Shown here: piece by piece, positions 10,683 to 20,997 of the stretch
How the letters are laid out: each line of letters starts with the position of its first letter
Numbering within the stretch: the stretch's first letter is position 1
Source of the DNA: an uncultured bacterium
Lineage (GTDB): Bacteria; Chloroflexota; UBA5177; JANWHV01
DNA length: 64,000 nt
Direction of reading: 5' to 3'
Assembly: GCA_963827235.1 (NCBI GenBank)
Contig: CAWHAE010000010.1
Span: 768,001-832,000, forward strand
Made by a program: the position numbers and the translations under genes
The notes under the pieces: generated by a model
Seen by the model: only the letters and a program-made list of their open reading frames with translations
Database searches by the model: none
What the model was told of the DNA's origin: nothing

Positions 10683-10734
10683 GATCGGGCAGATCACCGG
10701 CCGCTCGCGGCCCTGAAGAAGCATTGGTACGAGT

Positions 10735-10769
10735 CCGGTGGCAGGTACCCTGAGGGTACCTGCCACCGG
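10735..10769. repeat. Perfect 16-bp inverted repeat (stem-loop) between the SBP and permease genes
   Basis: CCGGTGGCAGGTACCC-TGA-GGGTACCTGCCACCGG with no U-tract. Confidence 0.9.
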
Positions 10770-10789
10770 CGGAGGACTGGATCAGCACT

Positions 10790-11764
10790 ATGTCGCAAGC
10801 CCAGCCGCAGAACGTGACTGCCCCTGCGTCGTCCCAAGCGCCGGTGGGCATGCCCATGCGGCGCCGAGCGTCGAGCTGGCGCTACCGGCTCGGCAAGGGC
10901 GTTCCGTACCTCTACGTCGCTCCTTTCTTCTTGGTGTTCTTTACTTTCTTTGCTTATCCGCTCGCGTATTCCTTCTTCGTTAGCCTGCATCGGTGGGACG
11001 GCATTGGCCCAATGAGGCCGGTCGGCTGGGACAACTACACCTTTGCGCTCGGCAACGATTTCTTCTGGAACTCGATCAAGACGACGGGGCTTCTCTGGCT
11101 GATGGCGCTGCCGCTGGGCATTGCGGTGTCCATGATCGTCGCCGTGGTGTGGAACTCCGGATCATTTCGTGGGCGGAACGTAGCCATCGTCATGTATCTC
11201 ATGCCCGCCGTGATCTCAATCGTCGCCGTCTCGGTCGTCTTCCGCATACTGTACGACCAGAGTGCCGGCCCAATCGACGCCATCATTACCACAGTGGGCT
11301 TTCCGGCCGTCCCCTGGCTCTCGGATGAGGCGTGGGCGCGGGTGGCCCTGGGAATCGTCAGGCTCTGGGAGAGCATCGGACTTGGTGCACTCTTCTACTT
11401 CGCATCGTTGCAGGGCATATCGCGCGAGATCTACGATGCTTCGTCGGTCGACGGCTGTTCACCAGTACGGCAGTTCTGGAGCATCACGATGCCGCTTCTG
11501 GCACGCACGACGCTCTTTCTCGCCGTGATCAATACGCTGCAGGTGTTCAGCATGTTTGCCGAGCCGCAGCTCGTCATGAACAGCGGCGGACCAAACAACG
11601 CCACCACTACGGTCGGCTTCTACCTCTTCACGCTGGTGCAGAACCTCGATCTCGGCACCGCATCCGCGGTGTCCTTCTTGATGACGGTCGGCATGATGTT
11701 GGTCTCCATCGCCTTGTTCCTTGCCGCGAGGCACTGGACTGAGGACGGGGGCACATCTTCCTAG
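10790..11764 (+). CDS. Carbohydrate ABC transporter permease (MalF-like)
   Basis: Multiple TM helices and the EAA-loop variant IYDASSVDG. Confidence 0.9.
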   Translation: MSQAQPQNVTAPASSQAPVGMPMRRRASSWRYRLGKGVPYLYVAPFFLVFFTFFAYPLAYSFFVSLHRWDGIGPMRPVGWDNYTFALGNDFFWNSIKTTGLLWLMALPLGIAVSMIVAVVWNSGSFRGRNVAIVMYLMPAVISIVAVSVVFRILYDQSAGPIDAIITTVGFPAVPWLSDEAWARVALGIVRLWESIGLGALFYFASLQGISREIYDASSVDGCSPVRQFWSITMPLLARTTLFLAVINTLQVFSMFAEPQLVMNSGGPNNATTTVGFYLFTLVQNLDLGTASAVSFLMTVGMMLVSIALFLAARHWTEDGGTSS

Positions 11765-11892
11765 GCAGGTATTGCGGTGCAACCAATCTCTATTGGCCGG
11801 GGCGTCAGGGACCGCGGGGCAGCGCAGCCTGCGGGTGGAAGCTGCAGTGGCGGGCAAGAAGCCCACGAAGCTCGACTCAGCGAGGTGAACCG

Positions 11893-12786
11893 ATGAGCAT
11901 GAATGCGCCGGCAGTGACCAGTAGGGAACGGCAGGGACCGATATCCGCCAACCGCGTCGGCGGACTCTTGCTGATCGCGCTGGTCTGGCTCGGTGGGGTG
12001 ATCTCCGTTTTTCCCCTCATCTGGACGTTCATCTCGTCCTTTCGCCCGGACGTCAGCTTCCTGAACTCTCCGTTCGTCGTCGACCCGCGCACGCTGATGA
12101 TCACCAACTACAAGAACGCGCTGAGCGACGGGTCATTGATGACCGGCTTCAAGAACACCTCGGTCGAGGTGCTGATCATCCTGGCAACGACGCTCTTCTT
12201 CTGTCCGCTTGCCGGATACGCATTCGCCAAGTTCGAGTTTCGCGGCAAGAGACTGCTGTTCGGCCTGATGATGCTGACTCTGTTCTTCGTGCCGATCACC
12301 CAGTATGTGCCCCTGCTCCTCGAGATGAAGGAGATCAACTGGGTCAATACCTACCAGGCTCTCGTCATGCCGCTGGTGATCAGCTCCCTCGGAATTTTCT
12401 GGATGACAGGCACGATCACAGGCGTGCCCAACGAGCTCCTGCAATCGGCGCGAGTGGACGGCTGCGGTACGTTCCAGACGTGGCTGCGCATCGTGATGCC
12501 GGTCATCCGGCCGGCACTGGTCAGTCTTGCCGTGGTCACGTTTCTCTCGGCGTACAACGACTACTTCTGGCCGCTGCTCATCCTGCCGGGAACCGAGATG
12601 CAGACTATTCAGGTGGCTCTGTTCTCCTTCGTCAACGCGCTGTTCAACAGCGAGACCGGCAGCGCGGCGAGCTGGGGCCCGCTCCTTGCCGCCAGCGCAA
12701 TCGTGTTCCTGCCCACCATCGTGGTGTTTCTGATCATGCAGCAGTACTTCATTCGCGGCATGATGGAAGGCAGCGTCAAAGAGTAG
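11893..12786 (+). CDS. Carbohydrate ABC transporter permease (MalG-like)
   Basis: AGYAFAKFEFRGK, ELLQSARVDG and YNDYFWPL. Confidence 0.9.
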   Translation: MSMNAPAVTSRERQGPISANRVGGLLLIALVWLGGVISVFPLIWTFISSFRPDVSFLNSPFVVDPRTLMITNYKNALSDGSLMTGFKNTSVEVLIILATTLFFCPLAGYAFAKFEFRGKRLLFGLMMLTLFFVPITQYVPLLLEMKEINWVNTYQALVMPLVISSLGIFWMTGTITGVPNELLQSARVDGCGTFQTWLRIVMPVIRPALVSLAVVTFLSAYNDYFWPLLILPGTEMQTIQVALFSFVNALFNSETGSAASWGPLLAASAIVFLPTIVVFLIMQQYFIRGMMEGSVKE

Positions 12787-12808
12787 CACGTTACGAAACG
12801 AGGCAGTT

Positions 12809-14315
12809 GTGAATCACGCACTCGTGCACCTGGATACAGAGTACGGCGCAGGTCCCATAGACCGGCGTGTCTTCGGCGGGTTCCTGGAGCATCTCGGACG
12901 ATCGGTGTATGAGGGAGTCTATGATCCCGGCAATCCGTTGAGTGACGGTCGCGGCTACAGGCGCGATGTTCTCGAGGCTCTGCGGCCACTGCAGATGCCC
13001 GTCATGCGGTACCCGGGTGGCAACTTTGTCAGCTGTTATGACTGGCGCCATGGAATCGGCCCCCGCGAGAGCCGACCGGTGCGGCCGGATTATGCGTGGC
13101 GGAGCTTCGAATCCAACCAGTTCGGCACAGACGAGTTCATGCAATGGGCCGCCGATCTTGGAACAGCGCCGATGATGGCCGTAAACCTCGGCACCGCGGG
13201 TACCGCGGAAGCGGCGCAGCTTCTCGAATACTGCAACCTGGCGCCCGGATCCTACTGGGCAGACATGCGGGCTCAGTATGGTCACCGCGAGCCCTACGCC
13301 GTGAAGATCTGGTGCCTCGGCAACGAGATGGACGGCCCCTGGCAAGCCGGGCACGTTCCCGCCGCGGTCTATGCCCAGCGGGCCGAGCAGGCGGCGGTGG
13401 TGATGAAGGGCCTCGATCCGAGCATCGAAACCGTGATCTGCGGGTCTTCCGGGCGCGAGATGGGCACGTACCTGCAATGGGATCGCGAGGTTCTCGAGTA
13501 TTGCTGGGAAAGCGTCGACTATGTGTCCGCCCACCAGTACAGCGAAAACCGGCGCAACGACAGCAACTGGTTCCTGGCTGAAGGCGTCGCCATCGACCGC
13601 ACGATCGACGACTATCGGGGTCTGCTCGACTACGTGCGCGGGCGGAAGAAGAGTGCCAAGCGCGTGCACCTCTCCTTCGACGAGTGGAATGTCTGGTATC
13701 GGGCACGAGGGCCCAAGCACGAGGATGGCTCCTGGACGCAAGCGCCGCATCTGCTCGAGGAGTCCTACAACCTGGAGGACGCCCTGGTCTGCGCTCAGTA
13801 TCTGGCCAGCTTCGTGCGCAACGCCGACGTCGTCAAGGTGGCCTGTATCGCTCAGGTGGTCAACGTGATCGCCCTGATCATGACCAACCAGCGCGGCGTG
13901 CTCAAGCAGACGATCTATCACCCGTTCAAGCTCTTCTCCCAATTTGCCAGGGGTGTTGCCCTCACCCCGGCGATCGATGGCCCGACATACCATGCCGGCG
14001 ACAGAGGAGAGGTGCCGGTAGTAGACGCGGCCGCGAGCTTCGATGCCGGCACGGGCATCGCTTCCGTCTTCGTCATCAACCGGAGTGCGAACGAAGAGCT
14101 GGCCCTGAACGTCCAGCTCGCCGATCGACGAGATCCTCGAGGTAGTCGGAGTGGATACGCTGGGAGGCGGCGACGTCAAGTCCGCGAACACGTGGGAAGC
14201 GCCGAACGCTGTGACCAGCGTGCCCGACACGGCGGCGATAGCAGGCGATGGACGTGTCAAGGTCACGGTGCCGGCACCCGGACTCTCGGTGGTACGCCTG
14301 GCGCTCGGCCGCTGA
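12809..14315 (+). CDS. abfA: Alpha-L-arabinofuranosidase (GH51) with a single +1 frameshift near 14129
   Basis: GGFLEHLGRSVYEG, RYPGGNF, LGNEMDG and FDEWNVW. The GH51 C-terminus (EILEVVGVDTLGGGDVKSANTWEAP...LALGR*) continues in another frame to TGA 14313-14315. Confidence 0.88.
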
Positions 14316-14605
14316 GCGACTCGGCGAGTGTCCATCGCGGTGCCAGCACGGGGCTGCAGCACAACCGAAGGCGTGTATCGCACAGAGTCGGCCACGAGCG
14401 TGGGGGAGTGCATGTTGCCGATTGGCGGAACGGCCAACGGTTCTTCCGGCAGCGCATCCGGATCGCGTCGCGGAGCCGTCCGCGGGCCCGATTCCGCGTC
14501 GTTCCGAACGGATGCCCGGCCGATTCAGCACCGGCCGGGTAGCATACGGTGTACGGTAGTCTTCGCGGGTGCGAAGAGCCCTGAGCTCTGGTGTGAGGCT
14601 TCCCG

Positions 14606-15607
14606 ATGAAGTACATCTTTGCGGCGCTGGTCATCCTCTCCACTCTCGGTCCTGCCAGCACTGAAGCCTCGCGTGCGGACGCCGCGGCGGCAACAGACTA
14701 CACGTTCGTGCACGATCCCAGCATGATCAAGGATGGAAGCACGTACTACGTGTTCTCGACCGGCGATCAGGCCGTGGGCAACGGCAACGTGCAGATCCGA
14801 TCCTCGCGCGACCTCAAACACTGGGAGTTCCTCGGTACGGTATTCGACGACATCCCAGCCTGGGCCGTGGACGCAGTCCCCGGTGTCACCAATATCTGGG
14901 CACCGGACATCTCGTACTTCAACCGGCTCTACCACCTCTATTACGCGGTCTCTACCTTCGGCAGCCAGGACTCGTACATCGGCCTCGCCACGAACCCCAC
15001 GCTCGACCCTGCGAGCAAATCCTACAAATGGGCGGACCGCGGGCCGGTGCTGAACTCGGACAGCAGCGACGACTGGAATGCCATCGATCCCAATCTGTCG
15101 TTCGACATCCAGGGCCGGGCGTGGCTCGCTTTCGGCTCTTTCTGGGGAGGGATCAAGATGCGCCGCATCGACCCAGCCACGGGGAAGCTGTCCGGCCTCG
15201 ACCACACGACCTACTCATTGGCCTTTCGGCCGGGCTCTAACGCCGTGGAAGCGGCGTCCATCATCTACCGCGAGCCATACTACTACCTCTTCGTTTCCTT
15301 CGATCGCTGCTGCGCCGGAGTGTCGAGCACCTACAAGACCATGGTTGGCCGTGCCAGGACCATTCAAGGACCCTACCTGGATCGCGCAGGCAAACCGATG
15401 ATGGACGGCGGTGGCACGCAAATCCTGGCCAGCGCCGGCCATCTGATTGGGCAGGGCGGAGGAACCGCCATGCGAGACGGCCCGCGGTACCTGTACGTGC
15501 ACCACTACTACGACGGCAACGACAATGGCAATGCCAAGCTTGCCATTCACGTCCTCACCTTTACGGCTTCCGATTGGCCGGTGGCGGGATCCCTGATCAC
15601 TCCTTGA
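14606..15607 (+). CDS. Secreted endo-1,5-alpha-L-arabinanase (GH43)
   Basis: Signal peptide, then HDPS, WAPD, NAIDP, FGSFWGGI and VEAA, the catalytic-residue motifs of GH43 arabinanases. Confidence 0.9.
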   Translation: MKYIFAALVILSTLGPASTEASRADAAAATDYTFVHDPSMIKDGSTYYVFSTGDQAVGNGNVQIRSSRDLKHWEFLGTVFDDIPAWAVDAVPGVTNIWAPDISYFNRLYHLYYAVSTFGSQDSYIGLATNPTLDPASKSYKWADRGPVLNSDSSDDWNAIDPNLSFDIQGRAWLAFGSFWGGIKMRRIDPATGKLSGLDHTTYSLAFRPGSNAVEAASIIYREPYYYLFVSFDRCCAGVSSTYKTMVGRARTIQGPYLDRAGKPMMDGGGTQILASAGHLIGQGGGTAMRDGPRYLYVHHYYDGNDNGNAKLAIHVLTFTASDWPVAGSLITP

Positions 15608-15872
15608 CGGCGCAGATCCCGGCGCATTGGCTGTACACTAGGGGTTGCCAAAACAGGTCGCGGGCAACGGTTCTGCGCTACTCGACGCAAGGACCGATAC
15701 TGCTTCCGGGGAAGTGTCTGGTCTGCGCACATGCGATCGCCACGATCGACGACGCATACCGTGGCTGTTCGGACCGGGGACCTCCAGGCACCGTGCTCGG
15801 GCACGCCTGGCCGTTCTCGGTCGCTCAGTGGTAGCGCCGAGCCCGCGGCAGGTAGCTGGTGGGGGGATACGG

Positions 15873-17153
15873 ATGTCGATCCGGATGAGCGACGTGGCCA
15901 AGGTGGCAGGCGTATCGACGCAGACTGTGAGCAGAGTGCTCCGAGGCGAGCAGTGGGTAGCCGAAGGCACCGCTGAGCGCGTCCGGCAGGCGATAAGCAC
16001 TCTCGGCTACCACGGCAACGAGGTCGCAGGAGCCCTGAAGCGCGGACACTCACGTACATTCGGCCTCTTATTCCCGCTGCATGCCAGGTCAATCTGGAGC
16101 GACGTGGCCGAAGGGGTGGAGTCGCTGGCGCATGAGGCTGGCTTTTCGCTTCTCCTGTGCGACACCAGCGACTCCATCGAGAAGGAAGCGGCGAACCTCT
16201 CTCTCCTCATGAGCCACCGCGTAGCGGGAATCATCTACGTTGAGCCTCGGTGCAGGCCGGACGCACATCCCGCCTGCGCAGCCCTGATCGCCTCCAAGCT
16301 GCCGGTAGTGGTGATCAGTGCCGAACAAGGGGATCTCCCTTACGTGCACCTGCGCACCGACGACGAGCGGGCCGGATACGTCGCCGTTCGCCATCTTCTG
16401 GATCTGGGCCGCCGCTCGATCTGCGTCGTGGCAAACGGTCTGCCCGAGCTGGCCGGCCCCGGCGGCGAGACGCTCGTCCCCACCGCTCACGTCCAGGACC
16501 GCATTCGAGGAGCCCAACGCGCACTCGCTAAAGCGCCTCACAATGCGCGGCTCCAATCGCTCGTCGTGGTGCCAAACACCCTCGAGGGGGGCCGGCGTGC
16601 CGCGCTGACGATCGTGAACGGCCGGTCGGATCCTGCCGACGCGGTCTTCACTACGACGGATGCCATCGCGCTGGGCCTCCTTGAAGAGCTGCGCGCGCGC
16701 GGAATCGGCGTACCCGAGAGCGTTGCGCTGGTCTCTCACGATGGTCTGTTCGCCTCGTCGGTAGCGACGCCGGCACTGACCACGATCGTGCCGCCCATGC
16801 ATGCTATGGGCCGAGCGAGCGTCGAACTCCTGCTTCGCGTGATTGCGGGCGAGTTGCCGGAACCCCGCAACGTACTGGATGCGCAGCTCATCGTTCGCGA
16901 GTCGACCATCGGTCTCGGAGTGGGCGCAAGGCATGGCTTTGCTACCGCTCTTTCCGACGATCGGGCGTGGGCGCAGTGGCGTGTCCAGAATGCGGCACCG
17001 GCAGAAGGGTCGTGCGAGCCCAATGGTGAGCTGAAAGAACCGGGACCCCGGCGCGAACGTAGCATGGCGGGCGCCGCGCGCCGCTCAAGCGGCGCGAGTG
17101 CCCGTCGCCACACCAGTCGCCTAGTGCCAGGGAGGGAGACCGATGCGGTGTAG
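15873..17153 (+). CDS. LacI family transcriptional regulator (paralogue of 8008-9213)
   Basis: MSDVAKVAGVSTQTVSRVL HTH. Long near-identical stretches shared with the first LacI (LGYHGNEVAGALKRG, SIWSDVAEG, YVEPRCRP). Confidence 0.9.
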   Translation: MSIRMSDVAKVAGVSTQTVSRVLRGEQWVAEGTAERVRQAISTLGYHGNEVAGALKRGHSRTFGLLFPLHARSIWSDVAEGVESLAHEAGFSLLLCDTSDSIEKEAANLSLLMSHRVAGIIYVEPRCRPDAHPACAALIASKLPVVVISAEQGDLPYVHLRTDDERAGYVAVRHLLDLGRRSICVVANGLPELAGPGGETLVPTAHVQDRIRGAQRALAKAPHNARLQSLVVVPNTLEGGRRAALTIVNGRSDPADAVFTTTDAIALGLLEELRARGIGVPESVALVSHDGLFASSVATPALTTIVPPMHAMGRASVELLLRVIAGELPEPRNVLDAQLIVRESTIGLGVGARHGFATALSDDRAWAQWRVQNAAPAEGSCEPNGELKEPGPRRERSMAGAARRSSGASARRHTSRLVPGRETDAV

Positions 17154-18312
17154 CCACTGTAATCACGACGTTCCCGATGGTGTGTTCTGTACGTTATGCG
17201 GCGCTCACGAGGCCACGACGAGACAGGCGGGCAACGCGGCCAAGCGCGTATCGCACTACGCAGCCTATCCCGGGGAACACGTGTTCCATCCAGGGATCTT
17301 CACCACATTATTCCCGCACCTCGGCCAGAACAAGGTGCACGAGTTTCGCTGGGCATTTCTTGCAGGCGTTGCCGCGCTGTTCGTCCTCGACATGGCAGGA
17401 ATGGTGACCGCGGCAATTCTCACTGCCGCGCTGCTCGTCCCGGCGCTTTACCTCATCTACCTGTATGAAGCGCAGGTGTACCGCGACGCGCCGGCGCAGG
17501 CACTGGGATTCACCATCGGGGGCGGTGTGATCCTGGGCATCGTCATGACCCTGATAGTCGACCACTTCGTCAGCTCGGTCACGCTTGGGGGCCCGGTCGG
17601 CAACTGGACGAGCGAGCTGGGAGGCCCCGTGGGCGGCGACGTCAGCACCCTCATCACGCTCTGCATCGTCGTCCCGATCATCCAGGAAGTGCTCAAACCG
17701 CTGCCTGCCTTGCTCCTGCGAGAGGTGTCCGATTTCCGGGAGACAGCAGACGGGCTCGTGTTCGGCGTGGCCGCTGGTCTCGGCTTCGGCGTGGCAGAGT
17801 CGATCATCCGCTTCTCCTCCGTGCTGGGTAGCCTGGAGAATCGCACTGATCCGGGCAACTGGATCTATCCGCTCCTGACCATCGCGATCACGCTCCCGAT
17901 TCTGCAGGGAAGCGCGACCGGCGCCATCGTGGCGGCGGTCTGGCGCTTGCGGCGGGGCACAGCCGCGCTGCGCGACGCCGGCGTGGTAGTGTTGGCGGTC
18001 GTGGCGCATGTGTGCTTCATCTATGTCAGCCAGTTAATGAGCGATCGCGGCCAGTCGCAGCTCACCATCCTGGCCTGGCAGGCAGCGGTGGACGGTACGC
18101 TGCTGATCGGCGTGCGCTATATCTTGCACCACGCGCTGCTCGACGAAGCCCACCACCTCGGCTTCGCGGAGACGATCTGTCCCAACTGCCACCGGCATAT
18201 CGTGGCCGCCGCATTCTGTCACAGCTGCGGCAAAGCTCTATCTGCCGTTCCGGCCGCGGTCGCGAGTGAACGCAAGCCGGTCGCGACCGCGACGAAACCG
18301 GCCGAGGCGTAG
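17143..18312 (+). CDS. PrsW/M82-like membrane protein with terminal zinc ribbons (catalytic motifs degenerate)
   Basis: About 8 TM helices. DGLVFGVAAGLGFGVAES is PrsW-like. N-terminal CSHC..FCTLC and C-terminal CPNC..FCHSC. Confidence 0.7.
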   Translation: MRCSHCNHDVPDGVFCTLCGAHEATTRQAGNAAKRVSHYAAYPGEHVFHPGIFTTLFPHLGQNKVHEFRWAFLAGVAALFVLDMAGMVTAAILTAALLVPALYLIYLYEAQVYRDAPAQALGFTIGGGVILGIVMTLIVDHFVSSVTLGGPVGNWTSELGGPVGGDVSTLITLCIVVPIIQEVLKPLPALLLREVSDFRETADGLVFGVAAGLGFGVAESIIRFSSVLGSLENRTDPGNWIYPLLTIAITLPILQGSATGAIVAAVWRLRRGTAALRDAGVVVLAVVAHVCFIYVSQLMSDRGQSQLTILAWQAAVDGTLLIGVRYILHHALLDEAHHLGFAETICPNCHRHIVAAAFCHSCGKALSAVPAAVASERKPVATATKPAEA

Positions 18313-18533
18313 CCGGTGCAGGGCCATGCGGTGCCATGGCGCGACCGCAGACCTCAGACTTGCCGGCGTGAGCAGGCTGCCGCCTCGCGGCCGGGCGTGC
18401 CGGGTGCCACGGCAAGCGCCGCACGCGCGCCGTGACGAGCAGTCACGCTGCCCTTACGGTAGCCGCGCCTGAGATGGAGGGTCCACGAGACCCAGGAGCT
18501 CCGTGGTCGATCGGCGTGTGAGAAGGAGGACAC

Positions 18534-19766
18534 ATGTGCCCCAATTGTGGAGCCCAGAATGCCGATGGGAATCGCTTCTGCCAGAACTGCGGATCCCCGC
18601 TGCCGGGGGCTGTACCTCTCCAGGGCGGATCGCCGGGTGGTCAAGGGCAGCCGCACATGCCCGGAGGGCCGGCAGGACCGGTTCAGCAACCGGGTGCAGC
18701 ACCATGGCCGCAGGCGCCGATGCCGCCCGGGCAGCCTCCGCAGTGGCCGCCTAGCGGCGCCCCGGGACCGTTCTACTATCCGGCACAGTACGGCCCCAAC
18801 CCGGTGCACAGAGTGCACGGTCTGGCAATCGCCGGTCTGGTCGTCGGCCTGGCCGTGCTGATGACGCTCTGCGCGCTCGTCTTTCTTCGCAACACCATCC
18901 ATGCCTTGCCCGAGCCGGTGCTGCCGACCGCAACGCCGGCTGCCATAGCCACCTCCACTGCTCTGCCCACCGGCACTGCAACCACTATGCCCACGAACAC
19001 GGCGGTCGCCGTTCCCACCGGAACCGCGACTGTACCGCCCACCGCGGCACCGCTCGACACCGCCACAGCGATACCCACCGCGCCACCGGCGGACACGGCC
19101 ACTCCGCTCAGCCCTGCAACGGCGACGCTCGCGGCCGATACGGCGACGCCGTTGACCTTCGCATCTCCTACCGAGGCAGCGCTGCCTGCGCCGACAAAAG
19201 CTGCGGGCCACGCGGGAGGTAAAGCCACGGCCACTCGAGGCGGCGTGCACATTCCTGCTCCGACCGCGGTGCCCACGAGCGTTCCCGTGAGCTGCAGCCC
19301 ATCGTCGAAGGGCAAGCTGCTGAAGACGAATACGTTCTGCGTCACCCTGGTCAAGGACTTCAGCGTGATCGACAAGGGCACCTCGTACGCAAGTCTCAAG
19401 GACACCGTGAGCACAGGTGTATGGGGCACGATCTACATTCAGGCCGGCAAGCTTTCCACGCCGAGCTCGGTGACCGAGTGGCTGCAAAGCATGCTTTCCG
19501 GCTATCAGAAGAGCTATCCCGACGTTCAGTCCTGCGGCAGCCAATCCCAGGTAATCGTCGACGGTCAGACGGGCACGCTGGTCGCCATCTGCTACACGGT
19601 GACGCCGCAGGGCGGATCCGCCTTTGCCGCCGAGTCCGAGCTGTGGGCGGCCACCGCCAAACAAGGCAGCAGCATCTACTCGTTCGCCATCAACTCGGCG
19701 ACGGACGTGCCGCAGGTGATCACCGACTCGGAGAAGCTTCTGAGCACGCTGCACTGGACATTCTGA
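18534..19766 (+). CDS. Zinc-ribbon membrane protein with Pro/Thr-rich extracellular linker
   Basis: N-terminal CPNC..FCQNC, Pro/Gln-rich region, one TM helix, PT-rich stalk and globular C-domain. AGGAGG RBS. Confidence 0.75.
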   Translation: MCPNCGAQNADGNRFCQNCGSPLPGAVPLQGGSPGGQGQPHMPGGPAGPVQQPGAAPWPQAPMPPGQPPQWPPSGAPGPFYYPAQYGPNPVHRVHGLAIAGLVVGLAVLMTLCALVFLRNTIHALPEPVLPTATPAAIATSTALPTGTATTMPTNTAVAVPTGTATVPPTAAPLDTATAIPTAPPADTATPLSPATATLAADTATPLTFASPTEAALPAPTKAAGHAGGKATATRGGVHIPAPTAVPTSVPVSCSPSSKGKLLKTNTFCVTLVKDFSVIDKGTSYASLKDTVSTGVWGTIYIQAGKLSTPSSVTEWLQSMLSGYQKSYPDVQSCGSQSQVIVDGQTGTLVAICYTVTPQGGSAFAAESELWAATAKQGSSIYSFAINSATDVPQVITDSEKLLSTLHWTF

Positions 19767-19899
19767 GCCGTCGCCGATCGAGGTGCTCGCGGATACTATC
19801 ATTAGTCTTGGCCGGTGAGGCGGCGCAACGAAAGTGCGGCGTTGCTCGGCCGCGAAGCGGCGGCAACGCCCTGAACGAGTGGTAAAAGGGAATCGACCT

Positions 19900-20997
19900 A
19901 TGACCGTCCGTGCCATGGTGCTGCTTGGCGACGGCAGCTTGCCCGAGCAGCGCACTTTTGACGATCCGCTTCTTGAGGATGGGGCGGTGCTCATCGAGAC
20001 TATCGCCTCCGAGGTGTGCGGCACCGACGTGCACCTGATGCACGGCCGCCTGTCCGGCGTGCCGTACCCGATCATTCCGGGGCACGTGAGCGTGGGACGC
20101 GTGCTCACACTGCGCGGCGATGTTCGCGATTGTGACGGCACGGCTATCCGGCCAGGCGACGTGGTCACGTTTCTGGACGTTCACCGCACCTGCGGCCGGT
20201 GCTGGTATTGCCTGGTCGCCAAAGCGTCCACGCGCTGTCCCGAGCGCCGGGTGTATGGCATCACATACTCCGCAGAGCAGGGGTTGCTGGGCGGTTGGAG
20301 CGAGCGCATCCTCTTGCTGCCCGGTGTGCGGATCATACGGCTGCCCGCCGGGCTGGACCCAGACGTCTTCATGGCCGGCGGATGCGGCCTGCCGACCGCG
20401 CTCCACGCCGTCCAGCGGGGAGAGATCACGTTTGGCGACTCAGTGGTGATTCAGGGAGCCGGTCCGGTCGGGCTCTGTGCCACCGTGCTCGCGCAACTTC
20501 AGGGTGCCGCTCAAGTAATCGTCGTCGGAGGGCCGGCAGGCCGCCTGCGCATGGCCAAAGAGCTCGGTGCCGACCTGGTGATCGACATCGCCAAGCACGA
20601 CGAACGCGAGCGTGCGGCTATTATCCGCGACGCCACGCACGGACGAGGAGCGGACGTGACGATCGAGGCCACGGGCGTGCCGGCCGCGGTGGGTGAAGGT
20701 ATGCGACTCTGCCGTGACGCCGGAACTCTGGTCGTGGTCGGCCAATACACCGATCATGGAACGGCGGAGATCAACCCGCATCTGGACATCAACAAGCCGC
20801 ATCTTCGGGTGCTCGGCTGCTGGGGAAGCGACTTCAGCCACCTGTATCGATCCGTGGCCACGGTCGCGCGCCACGCGGAGCGTTTCCCATGGCGATCGAT
20901 GATCACCGGACGCTATCGCCTTGAAGATGCCGGCAAAGCACTGGCCTCGGCCGAACGACAGGAGAGCGTCAAGTCGCTCATTGTGCCCAACGGATAA
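19900..20997 (+). CDS. Zinc-binding dehydrogenase (MDR family)
   Basis: VCGTDVH, PGH, CGRCWYC..C and GAGPVG. Confidence 0.88.
   Translation: MTVRAMVLLGDGSLPEQRTFDDPLLEDGAVLIETIASEVCGTDVHLMHGRLSGVPYPIIPGHVSVGRVLTLRGDVRDCDGTAIRPGDVVTFLDVHRTCGRCWYCLVAKASTRCPERRVYGITYSAEQGLLGGWSERILLLPGVRIIRLPAGLDPDVFMAGGCGLPTALHAVQRGEITFGDSVVIQGAGPVGLCATVLAQLQGAAQVIVVGGPAGRLRMAKELGADLVIDIAKHDERERAAIIRDATHGRGADVTIEATGVPAAVGEGMRLCRDAGTLVVVGQYTDHGTAEINPHLDINKPHLRVLGCWGSDFSHLYRSVATVARHAERFPWRSMITGRYRLEDAGKALASAERQESVKSLIVPNG

Noticed and set aside
12791-14437. Long antisense or alternate-frame ORFs (e.g. 12791-14437, 18354-20168, 36510-38357, 40077-41627, 757-2196)
   Set aside because: Shadow ORFs expected in GC-rich coding DNA. 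They overlap well-supported genes and carry no recognisable motifs.
18900-19290. Repetitive-looking ACC/GCC/CCG-rich stretch
   Set aside because: It encodes the Pro/Thr/Ala linker of the membrane protein. There is no fixed-length repeat-spacer pattern, so it is not CRISPR or a tandem DNA repeat.
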